In this document: one piece after another, positions 8,601 to 18,586 of the stretch
Position numbering within the stretch: position 1 is the stretch's first letter
Layout of the letters: every line of letters starts with the position of its first letter
IMG/VR virus record: IMGVR_UViG_3300025137_000016
Length of the DNA stretch: 64,000 nucleotides
Direction: 5' to 3' (one strand)
Source of the DNA: a virus
Notes under the pieces: model-generated
The model's input: the letters and a program-made list of their open reading frames with translations, nothing else
Told to the model about the DNA's origin: nothing
Database searches by the model: none
Translations under genes and position numbers: made by a program

Positions 8601-10961
8601 ATGATGAATAATTCAAAAGACGTACTAGCAAAACTATTAAGCACCGAAGATGTGCAAGTAGTTCGTGCTGAAGTTCCAACAGCATCTTTCGATGTTGTGG
8701 GTAGAACTTTGACTCTACCAACATTTGTAAACTTAGATGAGCATATAGAAAACTTGATGATCGGTCATGAAGTTGGTCATGCATTGTTTACTCCACATGA
8801 TAGTCTTCAAGATGATGCCTTCAAAGATAAGTTAGTTAAAAATTATGCTAATGTTATTGAAGATGTTCGTATTGAAAAATTAATTCAAAAAGAATATCCT
8901 GGATTGACTACTGACTTTGTTGCTGGTTATAAGACTCTTGCTAAAAGCGATTTCTTTAGAGTTGGCGATAGAGATATTAACTCTCTTCAATTAATTGATA
9001 AAATTAATCTTTACTTTAAAATTGGTCTTAAATCTGGTATTAAGTTTTCTGCTGAAGAGTTTGAAATTGTTTCTAGAGTTGATGGATGTAAATCATTCAA
9101 ACAAGTATTTGCTCTTGCTAAAGAGTTGGCTCAATATGCTCGTGATAAAAAACAAGGTGAAGAAGAAGCAAAAGAAGCAGCAAATAAAAGTGCACTTGAT
9201 GACTTAGCTGAAGAGGATGCTCAAGAAAAAAGAGAAGAAGCTGAAAGCCAAGAACAACAGGGTGATGGCGATACGACTCCTTGGGATGATGAAGAAGATG
9301 ATAAAGAAGAAGAAGGCGATGATGAAACTGATGCTGATTCTAAAGAGAAAACTTCTCCAGGAAATACTCAAGAAGAAAATACTGCCAATGAGTTTAATGA
9401 CCCATACGACTACCCATACGATTTTGATGATAGTCTAGAATCTAAAACTCAAGAAGCACTTGATAATAATATGAGAGACCAATCTAAGTTTGATGGTAAA
9501 ATCTTTAGAACTATTGATCATGATGAAATGCCTTTTGGTGTAGACCCTGTTATTACTTATCAAGAAATCCTTCAGTCACTTACTACTGTGGGTGGTGAGC
9601 GAGAAGGTTATTCTGTAAAAGATAGATTAATGAATGATGATGGTTTCACTACTGATAGAGGAAACTATTGTTCATTATTCTACCCTCGTACTGGAGAAAT
9701 AGAACTAGATAACTTCAAAGAATGTTATGGTCGTGAATATCTTGGTAATAAATCTGGTCTATACTATCAAGATGATTACAAAAACTTTTTAGATGCTATT
9801 AAAGATGATATCAACTTTATGGTAAAAGAGTTTGAAATGAAAAAATCTGCTAGTAGATATGCTCGTACGCAAACTGCTAAGTCTGGTCAATTAAATATTA
9901 ATAAACTTTACAACTATAAACTTTCTGAAGATCTATTCAAAAGAATTAATCTAGTTGCTGATGATAAAAATCATGGGTTTATTATGTTAGTTGATTGGTC
10001 TGGTTCTATGCATGATATTATGAGAGATACAGTTAGACAAGTAATTGTATTATCTACTTTCTGTCGTAAAGTTAATATCCCATTTGAAGTTCTTGCTTTC
10101 TCTAATCATGACAATACTTATAACTCTGATTATGTAAGTGAGCATAAGAATCATCCTGATATAGCTAAGATGACTGCTAAGAGACATGCTAATAGAGAGA
10201 AACTACATTACATGGAAAGAGATAGTATGTTCTATTATCAACTTCTAACTCATGATATGAGTGGTAAAGATTTTGATGAAATGTGTTTCTTACTTCACAG
10301 CTTTATCTGGCAGTATTCTAATGCTCTAAGTTTATCAGGTACTCCTTTGACTGAAGCACTTGAAGTTGCTGTAGGATACACTGGTCGTTTTATTAAAAAA
10401 CATAATATTGATAAAATGAATTTCATCACTCTTACTGATGGTGCTGGCTGGAGTAAAGGTTTCAGAGATAATAGTACAAAGTTCAATGAACTATATCCTT
10501 CAGCAGGTTGGAATTATAAAAAGCAAGATACTCTTATAGATCCTATGACTAAGAAACAATATAAAATTGTTGGTAAGTCTAGTTCTTCTGCATACGATAT
10601 GGTTTTCCTTGATATGATTAAGACTAGATATAATGCTTCTACGATTGGTTATTTCATTGGTAGAAATACCCAGCAAGGAATGCAACAGTTTAGACATTAT
10701 AATGTTGTTGATGAACATGAGTTTGATGTTGCCGATGCTAGAGTTGCTGTTCGTAAGAATGGTGGCTGGGCTTCTTTCAAAGGTTGTGGTCGTGACGAGA
10801 TGTTCTTCCTAGATTCTAAAAAGTTAAATCCTGTATCTGATGAAATTAAAATCGATGGTAAAGGTACTGCTTCTCAGATTGCTAGGTCTTTCTCTAAAGG
10901 TCTTAAACAAAATAGACAATCAAAAGTTCTTATGTCTACCTTCGTCGAGAGGGTAGCATAA
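8601..10961 (+). CDS. Metallopeptidase-like + VWA domain protein (CobT-like partner of MoxR AAA)
   Basis: HEVGH zinc motif, acidic linker, DWSGSM MIDAS, LSGTPL and LTDG VWA motifs. Confidence 0.8.
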   Translation: MMNNSKDVLAKLLSTEDVQVVRAEVPTASFDVVGRTLTLPTFVNLDEHIENLMIGHEVGHALFTPHDSLQDDAFKDKLVKNYANVIEDVRIEKLIQKEYPGLTTDFVAGYKTLAKSDFFRVGDRDINSLQLIDKINLYFKIGLKSGIKFSAEEFEIVSRVDGCKSFKQVFALAKELAQYARDKKQGEEEAKEAANKSALDDLAEEDAQEKREEAESQEQQGDGDTTPWDDEEDDKEEEGDDETDADSKEKTSPGNTQEENTANEFNDPYDYPYDFDDSLESKTQEALDNNMRDQSKFDGKIFRTIDHDEMPFGVDPVITYQEILQSLTTVGGEREGYSVKDRLMNDDGFTTDRGNYCSLFYPRTGEIELDNFKECYGREYLGNKSGLYYQDDYKNFLDAIKDDINFMVKEFEMKKSASRYARTQTAKSGQLNINKLYNYKLSEDLFKRINLVADDKNHGFIMLVDWSGSMHDIMRDTVRQVIVLSTFCRKVNIPFEVLAFSNHDNTYNSDYVSEHKNHPDIAKMTAKRHANREKLHYMERDSMFYYQLLTHDMSGKDFDEMCFLLHSFIWQYSNALSLSGTPLTEALEVAVGYTGRFIKKHNIDKMNFITLTDGAGWSKGFRDNSTKFNELYPSAGWNYKKQDTLIDPMTKKQYKIVGKSSSSAYDMVFLDMIKTRYNASTIGYFIGRNTQQGMQQFRHYNVVDEHEFDVADARVAVRKNGGWASFKGCGRDEMFFLDSKKLNPVSDEIKIDGKGTASQIARSFSKGLKQNRQSKVLMSTFVERVA

Positions 10962-11042
10962 TGTCACACGTGAAAGCATTCTTTTGGGCATTGGCAATAC
11001 TAATGTTCATCGTAGGACTTTTTATTTTGGAGAGTATATAAT

Positions 11043-11375
11043 ATGTCATTACCAATAGACACTACAAGTGAACAAGCACAAGTGCTAAAAGAAAAGATTA
11101 AGCAAAGACGAAGTCAGATGTTAGTCCACTCTGCCCTATATTATGAAATGGATGAGAGTGTCGTTGACGATGCTACATGGCAGAGATGGGCTGACGAACT
11201 TCGCGATTTGCAAAACGATAATCCCTTGCTTTGTACCATAGAATTCTATGACGAAGCATTCGCTCGGTGGGATGGATCCACTGGTCATCATTTACCTCTC
11301 AAAGACGAGTGGGTTTTGAGCCGAGCGAACTTATTATTAAATGCTAAAATAGAAGGATATGGTACCACTATATGA
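11043..11375 (+). CDS. Stand-alone NAD-dependent DNA ligase subdomain Ia-like protein
   Basis: HS.LYYE.D..VVDD..W......L..L resembles the LigA N-terminal YY..D.P.ISD.EYD.L segment. Confidence 0.6.
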   Translation: MSLPIDTTSEQAQVLKEKIKQRRSQMLVHSALYYEMDESVVDDATWQRWADELRDLQNDNPLLCTIEFYDEAFARWDGSTGHHLPLKDEWVLSRANLLLNAKIEGYGTTI

Positions 11376-11605
11376 AAAAAGAAAAAACCCCACCACCATC
11401 TAAGAAACTTAGATATCACGTGAAGAGGAAAGGTAAAGTCTTTCTGGTAATGGAAAATGGTGGAGACATAAACAATAAAGTTGTTGTTGAATGCTCCACG
11501 AAAAAAGAAGCATATGCGATTTCAAAAACGCAGAGTTCTACTCAGCAGTGGCAACACAATGGTGGAGTTCCTATGTTTTTGTGTTCAGCAAATCAGATAA
11601 GTTAA
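11372..11605 (+). CDS. Hypothetical protein
   Basis: ORF coupled to both neighbours. Confidence 0.55.
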   Translation: MKKEKTPPPSKKLRYHVKRKGKVFLVMENGGDINNKVVVECSTKKEAYAISKTQSSTQQWQHNGGVPMFLCSANQIS

Positions 11606-12267
11606 TGAGTTATATCGTACCACATAAAAAAATCTATTATATTCATATCCCTAAAGCTGGAGGGACTAGCGAGTACTTTAATCTAATTGATACCTTTGGT
11701 ACAAGTAAAGTACAAGAAGTCCCTGAAGGAAAGCACAGCCCATATAACAGGCGATATGAAAGCTATGGTACGAAGTATGCACATGTTAGAAACCCACATA
11801 ATAGAATGCTCTCTATGTTTCTGTTCCATCATGAATTACAGTTTATGTTAGATAAATATATAAGTACAGAACGACAAGAGTTTATGAAGAAACATCACAA
11901 GCTAAGAATTAGTAGAGATGCAACTAAAATTAATACAGAGCAAACTCCATTTGATAGAATGATGGAAACTAAGGGACAGATGTTTACACAAATAACAACT
12001 CCTGAAAATTATATTATGTGGTTAGAAGTTGTTGGTAAAGCAAATAAGATGATGGATAGTCAATTTGCTTATAGACCATATTTACAGCAGAATTTATATT
12101 TGAATGATGATGTGTCAGTTAGAAAAATAGAAGATGAAGAAACGCATAAGAATATTACTACCAAACCTGATGATTATAAAGAAAGAGATTATCTAGATGC
12201 TGGCAAAGATTTGGTCGAGATATATTATAAAGAAGATTTTGATAAATTTGGATATGAAAATGTTTAA
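11605..12267 (+). CDS. Sulfotransferase family protein
   Basis: YIHIPKAGGTS (5'-PSB), VRNPHNRMLS (3'-PB), YKEDFDKFGY; start reassigned to coupled ATG 11605. Confidence 0.8.
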   Translation: MSYIVPHKKIYYIHIPKAGGTSEYFNLIDTFGTSKVQEVPEGKHSPYNRRYESYGTKYAHVRNPHNRMLSMFLFHHELQFMLDKYISTERQEFMKKHHKLRISRDATKINTEQTPFDRMMETKGQMFTQITTPENYIMWLEVVGKANKMMDSQFAYRPYLQQNLYLNDDVSVRKIEDEETHKNITTKPDDYKERDYLDAGKDLVEIYYKEDFDKFGYENV

Positions 12268-12358
12268 ATTTTATTTAGAAATTATTACTTGCTTTTTTAT
12301 TATAGCAGGTGTAATAAAACACTACCATTAATTAAAACAAAAAAAAGGAGAATACATT

Positions 12359-12610
12359 ATGGGAAAACACTTGAAAACTTCTATGGATGAAAAGGTTATT
12401 GATTATCTTGCCATCGAACTATGGAGAATAGATCCAAATAATAAAGTGCTACATAAATTCATGAGCATGCAGAATGAAGAAGGATTTCATATTAAAAAGA
12501 CTATAAATGAATATGATAAAACTAAGACAATGCCAGAGAAATATAACACAGATGGGACCTGGAAATCACCAAATGGGCAGATTTCATTTGAAGAATTTTT
12601 GGCTGAATAG
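12359..12610 (+). CDS. Hypothetical protein
   Basis: ORF with AGGAG SD. Confidence 0.6.
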   Translation: MGKHLKTSMDEKVIDYLAIELWRIDPNNKVLHKFMSMQNEEGFHIKKTINEYDKTKTMPEKYNTDGTWKSPNGQISFEEFLAE

Positions 12611-12618
12611 TTAAAAAA

Positions 12619-12703
12619 GTTATAAGTCCTTGATTTCATATAACAAAATAGCCTAAAAAAAAGTGAGAAATGTCTTTACTTTTGGGTGTAATTGTAGTAA
12701 GAT
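12619..12703 (+). promoter_or_regulatory. Class A promoter element, copy 2
   Basis: GTTATA-AGTCCTTGATTTCA-TATAAC, A-tract, TTTACT 12675-12680, TAAGAT 12698-12703. Confidence 0.8.
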
Positions 12704-12765
12704 AGGTACTATAAAGAATAAAAAACTTTATAAAATTGATAAATTAACAACGTGAGGTATATATT

Positions 12766-13950
12766 ATGACAAACTTATCAAAAGAAACTCTGTTCTTAGA
12801 AAAGGCATACGAGCTTTTTCCAGAGGTAGCTGAAAGTCAGCAAATGACTCAGGCTCAAATCTTAGCTGTCCGTAAGGCAGGTATTAGAGTCCCAGGCAGT
12901 GCTTGGGAAAATCGTGTAGCTGGGGCAACTCCTGCACTTTATATTATCCCTGGAGGTAGTATAACAAAACCAGTCCGAGAAACTACTGAAGCAGTTGCAA
13001 CTCAAAAAGTTGTTCCACTAAAATCTTCAGCAGTATCTTCTACTGTAGATAAAAATGCTTTGGTTCCAGAAGTGGATTCAAACTATGTTCCTTTCGGGAA
13101 CTATCAAGATCTAAATCATATTGTTAAATCTAATATGTTTTATCCTTCATACATTGCTGGTCCAACTGGTAATGGTAAATCAACAACTATTGAGCAAATC
13201 TGTGCTAAGCAGAAGAAACCTCTTATTCGTGTAAACTTAAACACGATGACTGATGAAGATCAGTTGATTGGTTCTAAGACTCTAGTTGATGGTAATGTTG
13301 AGATCGTAGAAGGTCCAGTGGTTATCGCCATGAGATTTGGTATCCCACTACTTCTTGATGAGATCGATGCTGGTGGAGCAAATACTCTACTTTGCTTACA
13401 ACCTATCCTTGAGGGCAAACCATTTTATTTCAAATTAAAAAATGAAATCATTGTTCCTGCTAAAGGATTTAATATCTTTGCTACTGCTAATACTAAAGGT
13501 AAAGGCTCTGATGATGGTAGATATATTGGTACTAATGTTCTTAATGAAGCATTCCTTGAAAGGTTTGCTGTGACATTCAACCAACCATATCCTACTCAAA
13601 AAATTGAGTTGAAGATTGTTCAAAATCTTCTTAACCATTATGAGTGTAAAGATAGTGGGGACTTTGCTTCTAACTTAGTTAAATGGGCAGAAGTTGTTCG
13701 TAAGACTTTTGATGATGGTGGTTGTGATGAGAATATCACTACTCGTAGATTGACTCACATTGTGAGAGCTTTCTCGATCTTTAAGAAAGAAGCCAAAGCG
13801 ATAGAGCTTTGCTTGAATAGATTTGATGAAGTCACTAAGATGGCTTTCTTAGATCTTTATAATAAGATTGCTAGTGGGGAGGAAGAAGTTGCTTCCCCTA
13901 GCGAGGAAGATACTACTAGAAACCCATTTAGTGAAGGAGAACAATCATAA
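12766..13950 (+). CDS. MoxR/CobS-like AAA+ ATPase
   Basis: GPTGNGKS, LLLDEID, ATANTKGKG, LNEAFLERF. Confidence 0.9.
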   Translation: MTNLSKETLFLEKAYELFPEVAESQQMTQAQILAVRKAGIRVPGSAWENRVAGATPALYIIPGGSITKPVRETTEAVATQKVVPLKSSAVSSTVDKNALVPEVDSNYVPFGNYQDLNHIVKSNMFYPSYIAGPTGNGKSTTIEQICAKQKKPLIRVNLNTMTDEDQLIGSKTLVDGNVEIVEGPVVIAMRFGIPLLLDEIDAGGANTLLCLQPILEGKPFYFKLKNEIIVPAKGFNIFATANTKGKGSDDGRYIGTNVLNEAFLERFAVTFNQPYPTQKIELKIVQNLLNHYECKDSGDFASNLVKWAEVVRKTFDDGGCDENITTRRLTHIVRAFSIFKKEAKAIELCLNRFDEVTKMAFLDLYNKIASGEEEVASPSEEDTTRNPFSEGEQS

Positions 13951-14387
13951 TGGAATTAACTTCATATGAAAACCTAACAAAGTTTCAAAGACGATGGGTA
14001 GATAACATGATCGACATCTACCCAGATCTTTCTTCTGGTGGTGCTATTACTCTAGAGCAATGTACTGAAGGAATTACTAAGTTAAAAGCAAAACATGATA
14101 AGGATCCATCGTTCCCTAAAATCGGAACACCAAACTGGAACTATAAGATTAACAAGATCGATAAAGGTATCTATTTCTTCCCTGCTCCTGGAGCAGATGC
14201 TGAGATGGCTATTCGTGAATCGGAAGATATAAGAATCTCTCGTCTACCCAAGCCCAAGTTTGTCATAGAAAATGACGAGGATGCTGATTTTGTTAAGGAA
14301 CTGCTGGAGTATGGTATTGAGATTGAAACAACTACTGTTAAATCCGATGCAATTCCAGACTTGCGATATTCATCTTCTATTGACTGA
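13950..14387 (+). CDS. Hypothetical protein
   Basis: TAATG-coupled ORF. Confidence 0.65.
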   Translation: MELTSYENLTKFQRRWVDNMIDIYPDLSSGGAITLEQCTEGITKLKAKHDKDPSFPKIGTPNWNYKINKIDKGIYFFPAPGADAEMAIRESEDIRISRLPKPKFVIENDEDADFVKELLEYGIEIETTTVKSDAIPDLRYSSSID

Positions 14388-14402
14388 CGATAGCTGATGA
14401 TA

Positions 14403-14440
14403 GAGTGGATAGGAATGCCATCTCCTGTCCACTCGTTTTC
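14403..14440 (+). terminator. Rho-independent terminator
   Basis: GAGTGGATAGGA / TCCTGTCCACTC stem followed by GTTTTC. Confidence 0.65.
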
Positions 14441-14451
14441 ATTTTCACAAC

Positions 14452-14480
14452 TTTACTTTTAAGTTTTTTTAATATAGAAT
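14452..14480 (+). promoter_or_regulatory. Class B promoter for clamp/clamp-loader operon
   Basis: TTTACT-17-TAGAAT. Confidence 0.78.
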
Positions 14481-14486
14481 GATACT

Positions 14487-14774
14487 ATGAATAAAAATGA
14501 AATACATTATAAATTTTCAGAGGATGAACTCATCGCTGAATTTAAACAATATATTGATAAGACCTATGGTGGTCACTACTCTAAAAATTCATTTCAAGCA
14601 AGTGAATTTATTATTGATAATGGTCATGGTATGGGATTTTTTATGGGCAATGTTTTGAAGTATGCCCAAAGGTATGGAAAGAAAGATGGATATAATCGAT
14701 CTGACATATTTAAAATACTTCACTATGCGTTGATGGCTCTCCATCAACATGACTTAACCAACAAGGAGAAATAA
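14487..14774 (+). CDS. DUF3310-like protein
   Basis: HY, GFFMGNVLKYAQRYGKKDG, D..KI.HY. Confidence 0.75.
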   Translation: MNKNEIHYKFSEDELIAEFKQYIDKTYGGHYSKNSFQASEFIIDNGHGMGFFMGNVLKYAQRYGKKDGYNRSDIFKILHYALMALHQHDLTNKEK

Positions 14775-14779
14775 TCGTT

Positions 14780-15445
14780 ATGAAACTTTCGAAAGAAACA
14801 TTGAGCGTCCTTAAGAACTTTGCCACTATTAATGGCAATATTCTTATTAAAGCTGGGGATAGACTATCAACTATCTCAGCACAAAAAAATGTTATGGCAT
14901 CTACTACTGTTAAAGAACACTTTGACAGCGAGTTTGGTATCTATGACTTGAACGAGTTTTTAGGAGTGTACAGTTTATTTGCTGACGATCCAGAACTTAA
15001 TTTTGATGAGAAGTTTGTCACTGTGGCAAATGGTAAATCTAAAGTAAAATATTATGCAGCAGATGCATCGGTACTAGCATCCCCAACTAAAGATGCTTTG
15101 CCTGTTGATGAAGATGTTAAATTCGATCTTCCTCGTAGCATGTATGATATGATTATGAAGACTTCGTCAGTATTAAGATCTAATGATATCAGTATCATTG
15201 GTGCGGATGGTAAGTTGACTGTTGTTGTGGCTGATAAGAAGAATGCTACTTCTAACTCTTGGGATGCAATCCTTGGCGATACTGATAAGAATTTTAAAGT
15301 TAATTTCAGGATTGATAATTTTAAGATGTTAGATGGTGATTACGAAGTGACTATTTCTAAGAAAAGAATTTCTAAGTTTGCTTCTAAGATGAATGACCTT
15401 ACATATTTCATCGCAGTTGAAGCTGACTCTACATTCGACTTTTAA
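14780..15445 (+). CDS. gp45: Sliding clamp gp45
   Basis: MKLSKETL.VLKNFATIN, FGIYDLNEFL, YFIAVE. Confidence 0.95.
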   Translation: MKLSKETLSVLKNFATINGNILIKAGDRLSTISAQKNVMASTTVKEHFDSEFGIYDLNEFLGVYSLFADDPELNFDEKFVTVANGKSKVKYYAADASVLASPTKDALPVDEDVKFDLPRSMYDMIMKTSSVLRSNDISIIGADGKLTVVVADKKNATSNSWDAILGDTDKNFKVNFRIDNFKMLDGDYEVTISKKRISKFASKMNDLTYFIAVEADSTFDF

Positions 15446-15467
15446 TTATTAAAATGGAATTTATATT

Positions 15468-16406
15468 ATGCAAGACCAATTTATTTGGGTTGAGAAATAT
15501 CGACCTAACACTATTGACGAATGTGTCCTTCCCCAAAATTTAAAGGATACATTTAAAGAGTTTGTTGCTAGTGGGCAACTGCCGAACTTTCTGTTCTGTG
15601 GTACTGCTGGAGTGGGTAAGACTACTGTAGCGAAAGCCCTCTGCAATGAAATCGGTGCTGAGTATCTGTTCATCAATGGTTCTGAGGAATCTGGCATTGA
15701 TGTGATACGAACTAAAATCAAAAACTTTGCTTCGTCTGTTTCCCTGACAGACTCAAAGAAAATTGTTATTCTTGATGAAGCAGATTATCTGAATCCGAAC
15801 AGTACTCAGCCAGCATTGAGAGCATTCATTGAAGAGTTCTCAAACAACTGCCGATTTATATTTACCTGTAATTTTAAGAACAGGATTATCGAGCCACTTC
15901 ATTCTAGGTGTGCTGTTATTGAATTTAGAACTGATGGTAAAGATAAACCACAAGTTGCCACTGCCTTTTATAAAAGGGTTGAGTGGATTCTTAATGGCGA
16001 GGGCATCAAGTTTGAGCCAAAGGCTGTTCTAGAACTTATTCAAAAACACTTCCCTGACTTCCGAAGAGTCTTAAATGAATTACAAAGATATTCTGTATCT
16101 GGTAATATAGATTCTGGTGTAATGATCAATGTAAGTGAGGAGTCTTGGAATAATCTATTCTTATTACTTAAAGACAAGAACTTTAAAGAAGTTCGCAAGT
16201 GGGTCACTAAAAATAGTGATATTGAAACCACCCAATTATTTTCTGATTTATTCAACAATGCTAATGTTAAATTAAAACCTGACTCAGTACCACAACTGGT
16301 ATTGATCTTGGCAGACTATCAATACAAAGCAGCATTTGTCGCTGACCATGAACTCAATAAAATGGCAGCACTTACAGAGATAATGGCATCCTGTAAGTTT
16401 CAATAA
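15468..16406 (+). CDS. gp44: Clamp loader large subunit gp44
   Basis: WVEKYRP, GTAGVGKTT, ILDEAD, HSRC. Confidence 0.95.
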   Translation: MQDQFIWVEKYRPNTIDECVLPQNLKDTFKEFVASGQLPNFLFCGTAGVGKTTVAKALCNEIGAEYLFINGSEESGIDVIRTKIKNFASSVSLTDSKKIVILDEADYLNPNSTQPALRAFIEEFSNNCRFIFTCNFKNRIIEPLHSRCAVIEFRTDGKDKPQVATAFYKRVEWILNGEGIKFEPKAVLELIQKHFPDFRRVLNELQRYSVSGNIDSGVMINVSEESWNNLFLLLKDKNFKEVRKWVTKNSDIETTQLFSDLFNNANVKLKPDSVPQLVLILADYQYKAAFVADHELNKMAALTEIMASCKFQ

Positions 16407-16792
16407 TGGCAAATCCATTCTTATATATAAATAATATCACCAACGACAAGAAGGATCTATTTAAAGATAATCCTCTTGCCGAGAAAGATTATGCATCCTT
16501 TATAGTCAATCGTGGTCTAGGATATTATCCTGATACTATTATGCAGTCGAATATGATGAATCGATACCATGATATCCCAAAGTCTTGGCAATACTATTTT
16601 TTACTAAATACTATCACAAAGGCAAAAAGGTTTTCGAAGTGGCATAAGCAAGATAAGCAGACCGAGTCCTTAAAGCTGGTAATGGAATATTATAATTATT
16701 CTCCAGAAAAGGCTCGTCAGGTAATGGATATATTAACAACTGACCAGATGAGCATAATTGAGCAAAAATTAAATAAAGGTGGTAAAAAATAA
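16406..16792 (+). CDS. gp62: Clamp loader small subunit gp62
   Basis: Y..FIVNR.L, KRFSKW.K, YY.YS.EKA; synteny. Confidence 0.9.
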   Translation: MANPFLYINNITNDKKDLFKDNPLAEKDYASFIVNRGLGYYPDTIMQSNMMNRYHDIPKSWQYYFLLNTITKAKRFSKWHKQDKQTESLKLVMEYYNYSPEKARQVMDILTTDQMSIIEQKLNKGGKK

Positions 16793-17208
16793 TGTCAGTT
16801 GAAATGATACATTACGATTGGTCTCCAGAGTCGATGTTAGAAGTCACTCTGCCTGAACCAGACAATTTCTTGAAAGTGAGAGAAACATTAACTCGTATCG
16901 GGATATCTTCTCGTACAGAAAACAAACTATTCCAATCTTGTCATATATTGCACAAGCAAGGAAAATACTTTATCGTACACTTCAAAGAACTATTTGCCCT
17001 AGATGGCAAAGAATCTAATATCGCTAATAACGATATTGAAAGAAGAAACACAATCGCAGTATTACTGCAAGATTGGGAACTCTTGAAGATAGTTAAGATT
17101 GAGCAAGCAGAGCCAAAGGCATCCTTGTCTCAAATTAAAGTATTATCGCATAAAGATAAATCTTCTTGGGAATTAGTGCCTAAATATAATATTGGGAAGA
17201 AAAAATAA
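16792..17208 (+). CDS. regA: Translational repressor RegA
   Basis: FLKVRETLTRIGI, QSCHILHKQGKYFIVHFKELFALDGK. Confidence 0.97.
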   Translation: MSVEMIHYDWSPESMLEVTLPEPDNFLKVRETLTRIGISSRTENKLFQSCHILHKQGKYFIVHFKELFALDGKESNIANNDIERRNTIAVLLQDWELLKIVKIEQAEPKASLSQIKVLSHKDKSSWELVPKYNIGKKK

Positions 17209-17217
17209 GGAGAGTAA

Positions 17218-18465
17218 ATGGCTGACGCAAAAATTAGTGAATTACCAGTTCTATCATCGCCAGAAAGCATTGACAAATTATTGGTTGTTGATACATCTGA
17301 ATCTACTACAAAACATATTACATACGGAAATCTAGTTTCTGCATTACAAGGTGCTAATGTTAATTTATCTGCACTTGGTGATGTTGATGTCACTGGAGTT
17401 TCTAATGGGCAAGTATTAAAATACAATGCTTCTGCTAGTGAATGGCAACCTGGAAGTGACACAGCTGGTATCTTATATACTGACTTATCAGCGATCAATG
17501 CTAGTGCTACTGGTGCTGGTGCATTATCATTTAATAATGTCACAGGTGTATTTACCAATACTCCTCCCGACCTATCAACTTTCATAACAGCATCATCTTC
17601 TGATACTCTTACTAACAAATCTGGTAATATTTCAATGTTCACTAATAATAGTGCATATATTACTGCGTCTTCATCTGACACACTTACCAATAAAGCTGGT
17701 AATGTTGATATGTTTACTAATAATGCTGGGTATCTAACTGGAGCATCTACTACTACTCTAACAAATAAAACTATTGATGCGGATGGTACTGGCAACTCTA
17801 TTACAAATATCGAAGATGCTAATATAAAAGCATCTGCTGCAATCGATGCTACTAAGATAGCTGATGGCTCTGTGACTTCTGCAGAGTTCCAACATATTTC
17901 AACTGTATCTTCTAATGTTCAAACACAACTAGATGCAAAAGCAGCAACCTCGTCTTTAGCAACATCAGCAACTACTGATACAACTAATGCTACTAACATA
18001 GGATCGGGAACTTTAAATAAAGCTAGATTACCATCTTCTATAGATGCGGACACAACAGGGAATGCTACAACAGCAACCACTGCCACATCTGCTACTAACA
18101 CAACAAATTTACCAAGCACAGTACTCGGAGCAAACCAAACTTATGCTATGCTCTATGCTTTTGATACAACTGCTGGTACAAACATCTATTCTATCGCAGT
18201 CGGTGGTACTGTAGCTGGAAATAAACTTTGGTATTATACTGGAACATTATCTACAACAGATCTCGGTCCAGGATATCAAGGAGCATTTGCTGCCCCAATG
18301 ACAGCATCAGGAGATAATCCTAGTGATGACATTAATAAATGGGTGCAAATCGATTCAACTGGAAGTTCCACTTGGAGAAACATGGGTCCACAACAAGCAG
18401 TATCATATGATCCTGCAGGTGCCAACTGGTTTAAAGTACCAGCATTATTCGTGAGAGTATCTTAA
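17218..18465 (+). CDS. Tail-fibre/adhesin-like virion protein
   Basis: T/S/A/G-rich, TLTNK repeats, AAIDATKIADG repeat, C-terminal WRNMG...LFVRVS tip-like motif. Confidence 0.6.
   Translation: MADAKISELPVLSSPESIDKLLVVDTSESTTKHITYGNLVSALQGANVNLSALGDVDVTGVSNGQVLKYNASASEWQPGSDTAGILYTDLSAINASATGAGALSFNNVTGVFTNTPPDLSTFITASSSDTLTNKSGNISMFTNNSAYITASSSDTLTNKAGNVDMFTNNAGYLTGASTTTLTNKTIDADGTGNSITNIEDANIKASAAIDATKIADGSVTSAEFQHISTVSSNVQTQLDAKAATSSLATSATTDTTNATNIGSGTLNKARLPSSIDADTTGNATTATTATSATNTTNLPSTVLGANQTYAMLYAFDTTAGTNIYSIAVGGTVAGNKLWYYTGTLSTTDLGPGYQGAFAAPMTASGDNPSDDINKWVQIDSTGSSTWRNMGPQQAVSYDPAGANWFKVPALFVRVS
17584..17769 (+). repeat. ~2.5 degenerate 75-nt (25 aa) tandem repeats
   Basis: ITASSSDTLTNK(S/A)GN..MFTNN..Y repeated. 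Confidence 0.75.
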
Positions 18466-18530
18466 TCTTTAAGAAACTTCTTACAACATTATTGAAATGG
18501 ATTATGAAAATGATACCTATATATTATGAT

Positions 18531-18586
18531 GAGAATGCCTTTTTTGGGTTCTCTAATTTAAACTCGCTTCATAAGGAGGAAACAAT
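18531..18586 (+). promoter_or_regulatory. ROSE-like RNA thermometer in hsp20 leader
   Basis: Hairpin GAGAA..CC/GG.TTCTC, then CTC(G)CTT-CAT-AAGGAG pairing the SD with a bulged G (UCGCU motif). Confidence 0.55.

Noticed and set aside
12766-13950. CobS/CobT as cobalamin-biosynthesis auxiliary genes
   Set aside because: No cobN or other cob genes in the window. The generic MoxR AAA + VWA reading fits better.
17218-18465. Diversity-generating retroelement target
   Set aside because: No reverse transcriptase or adenine-variant template repeat seen in the window.
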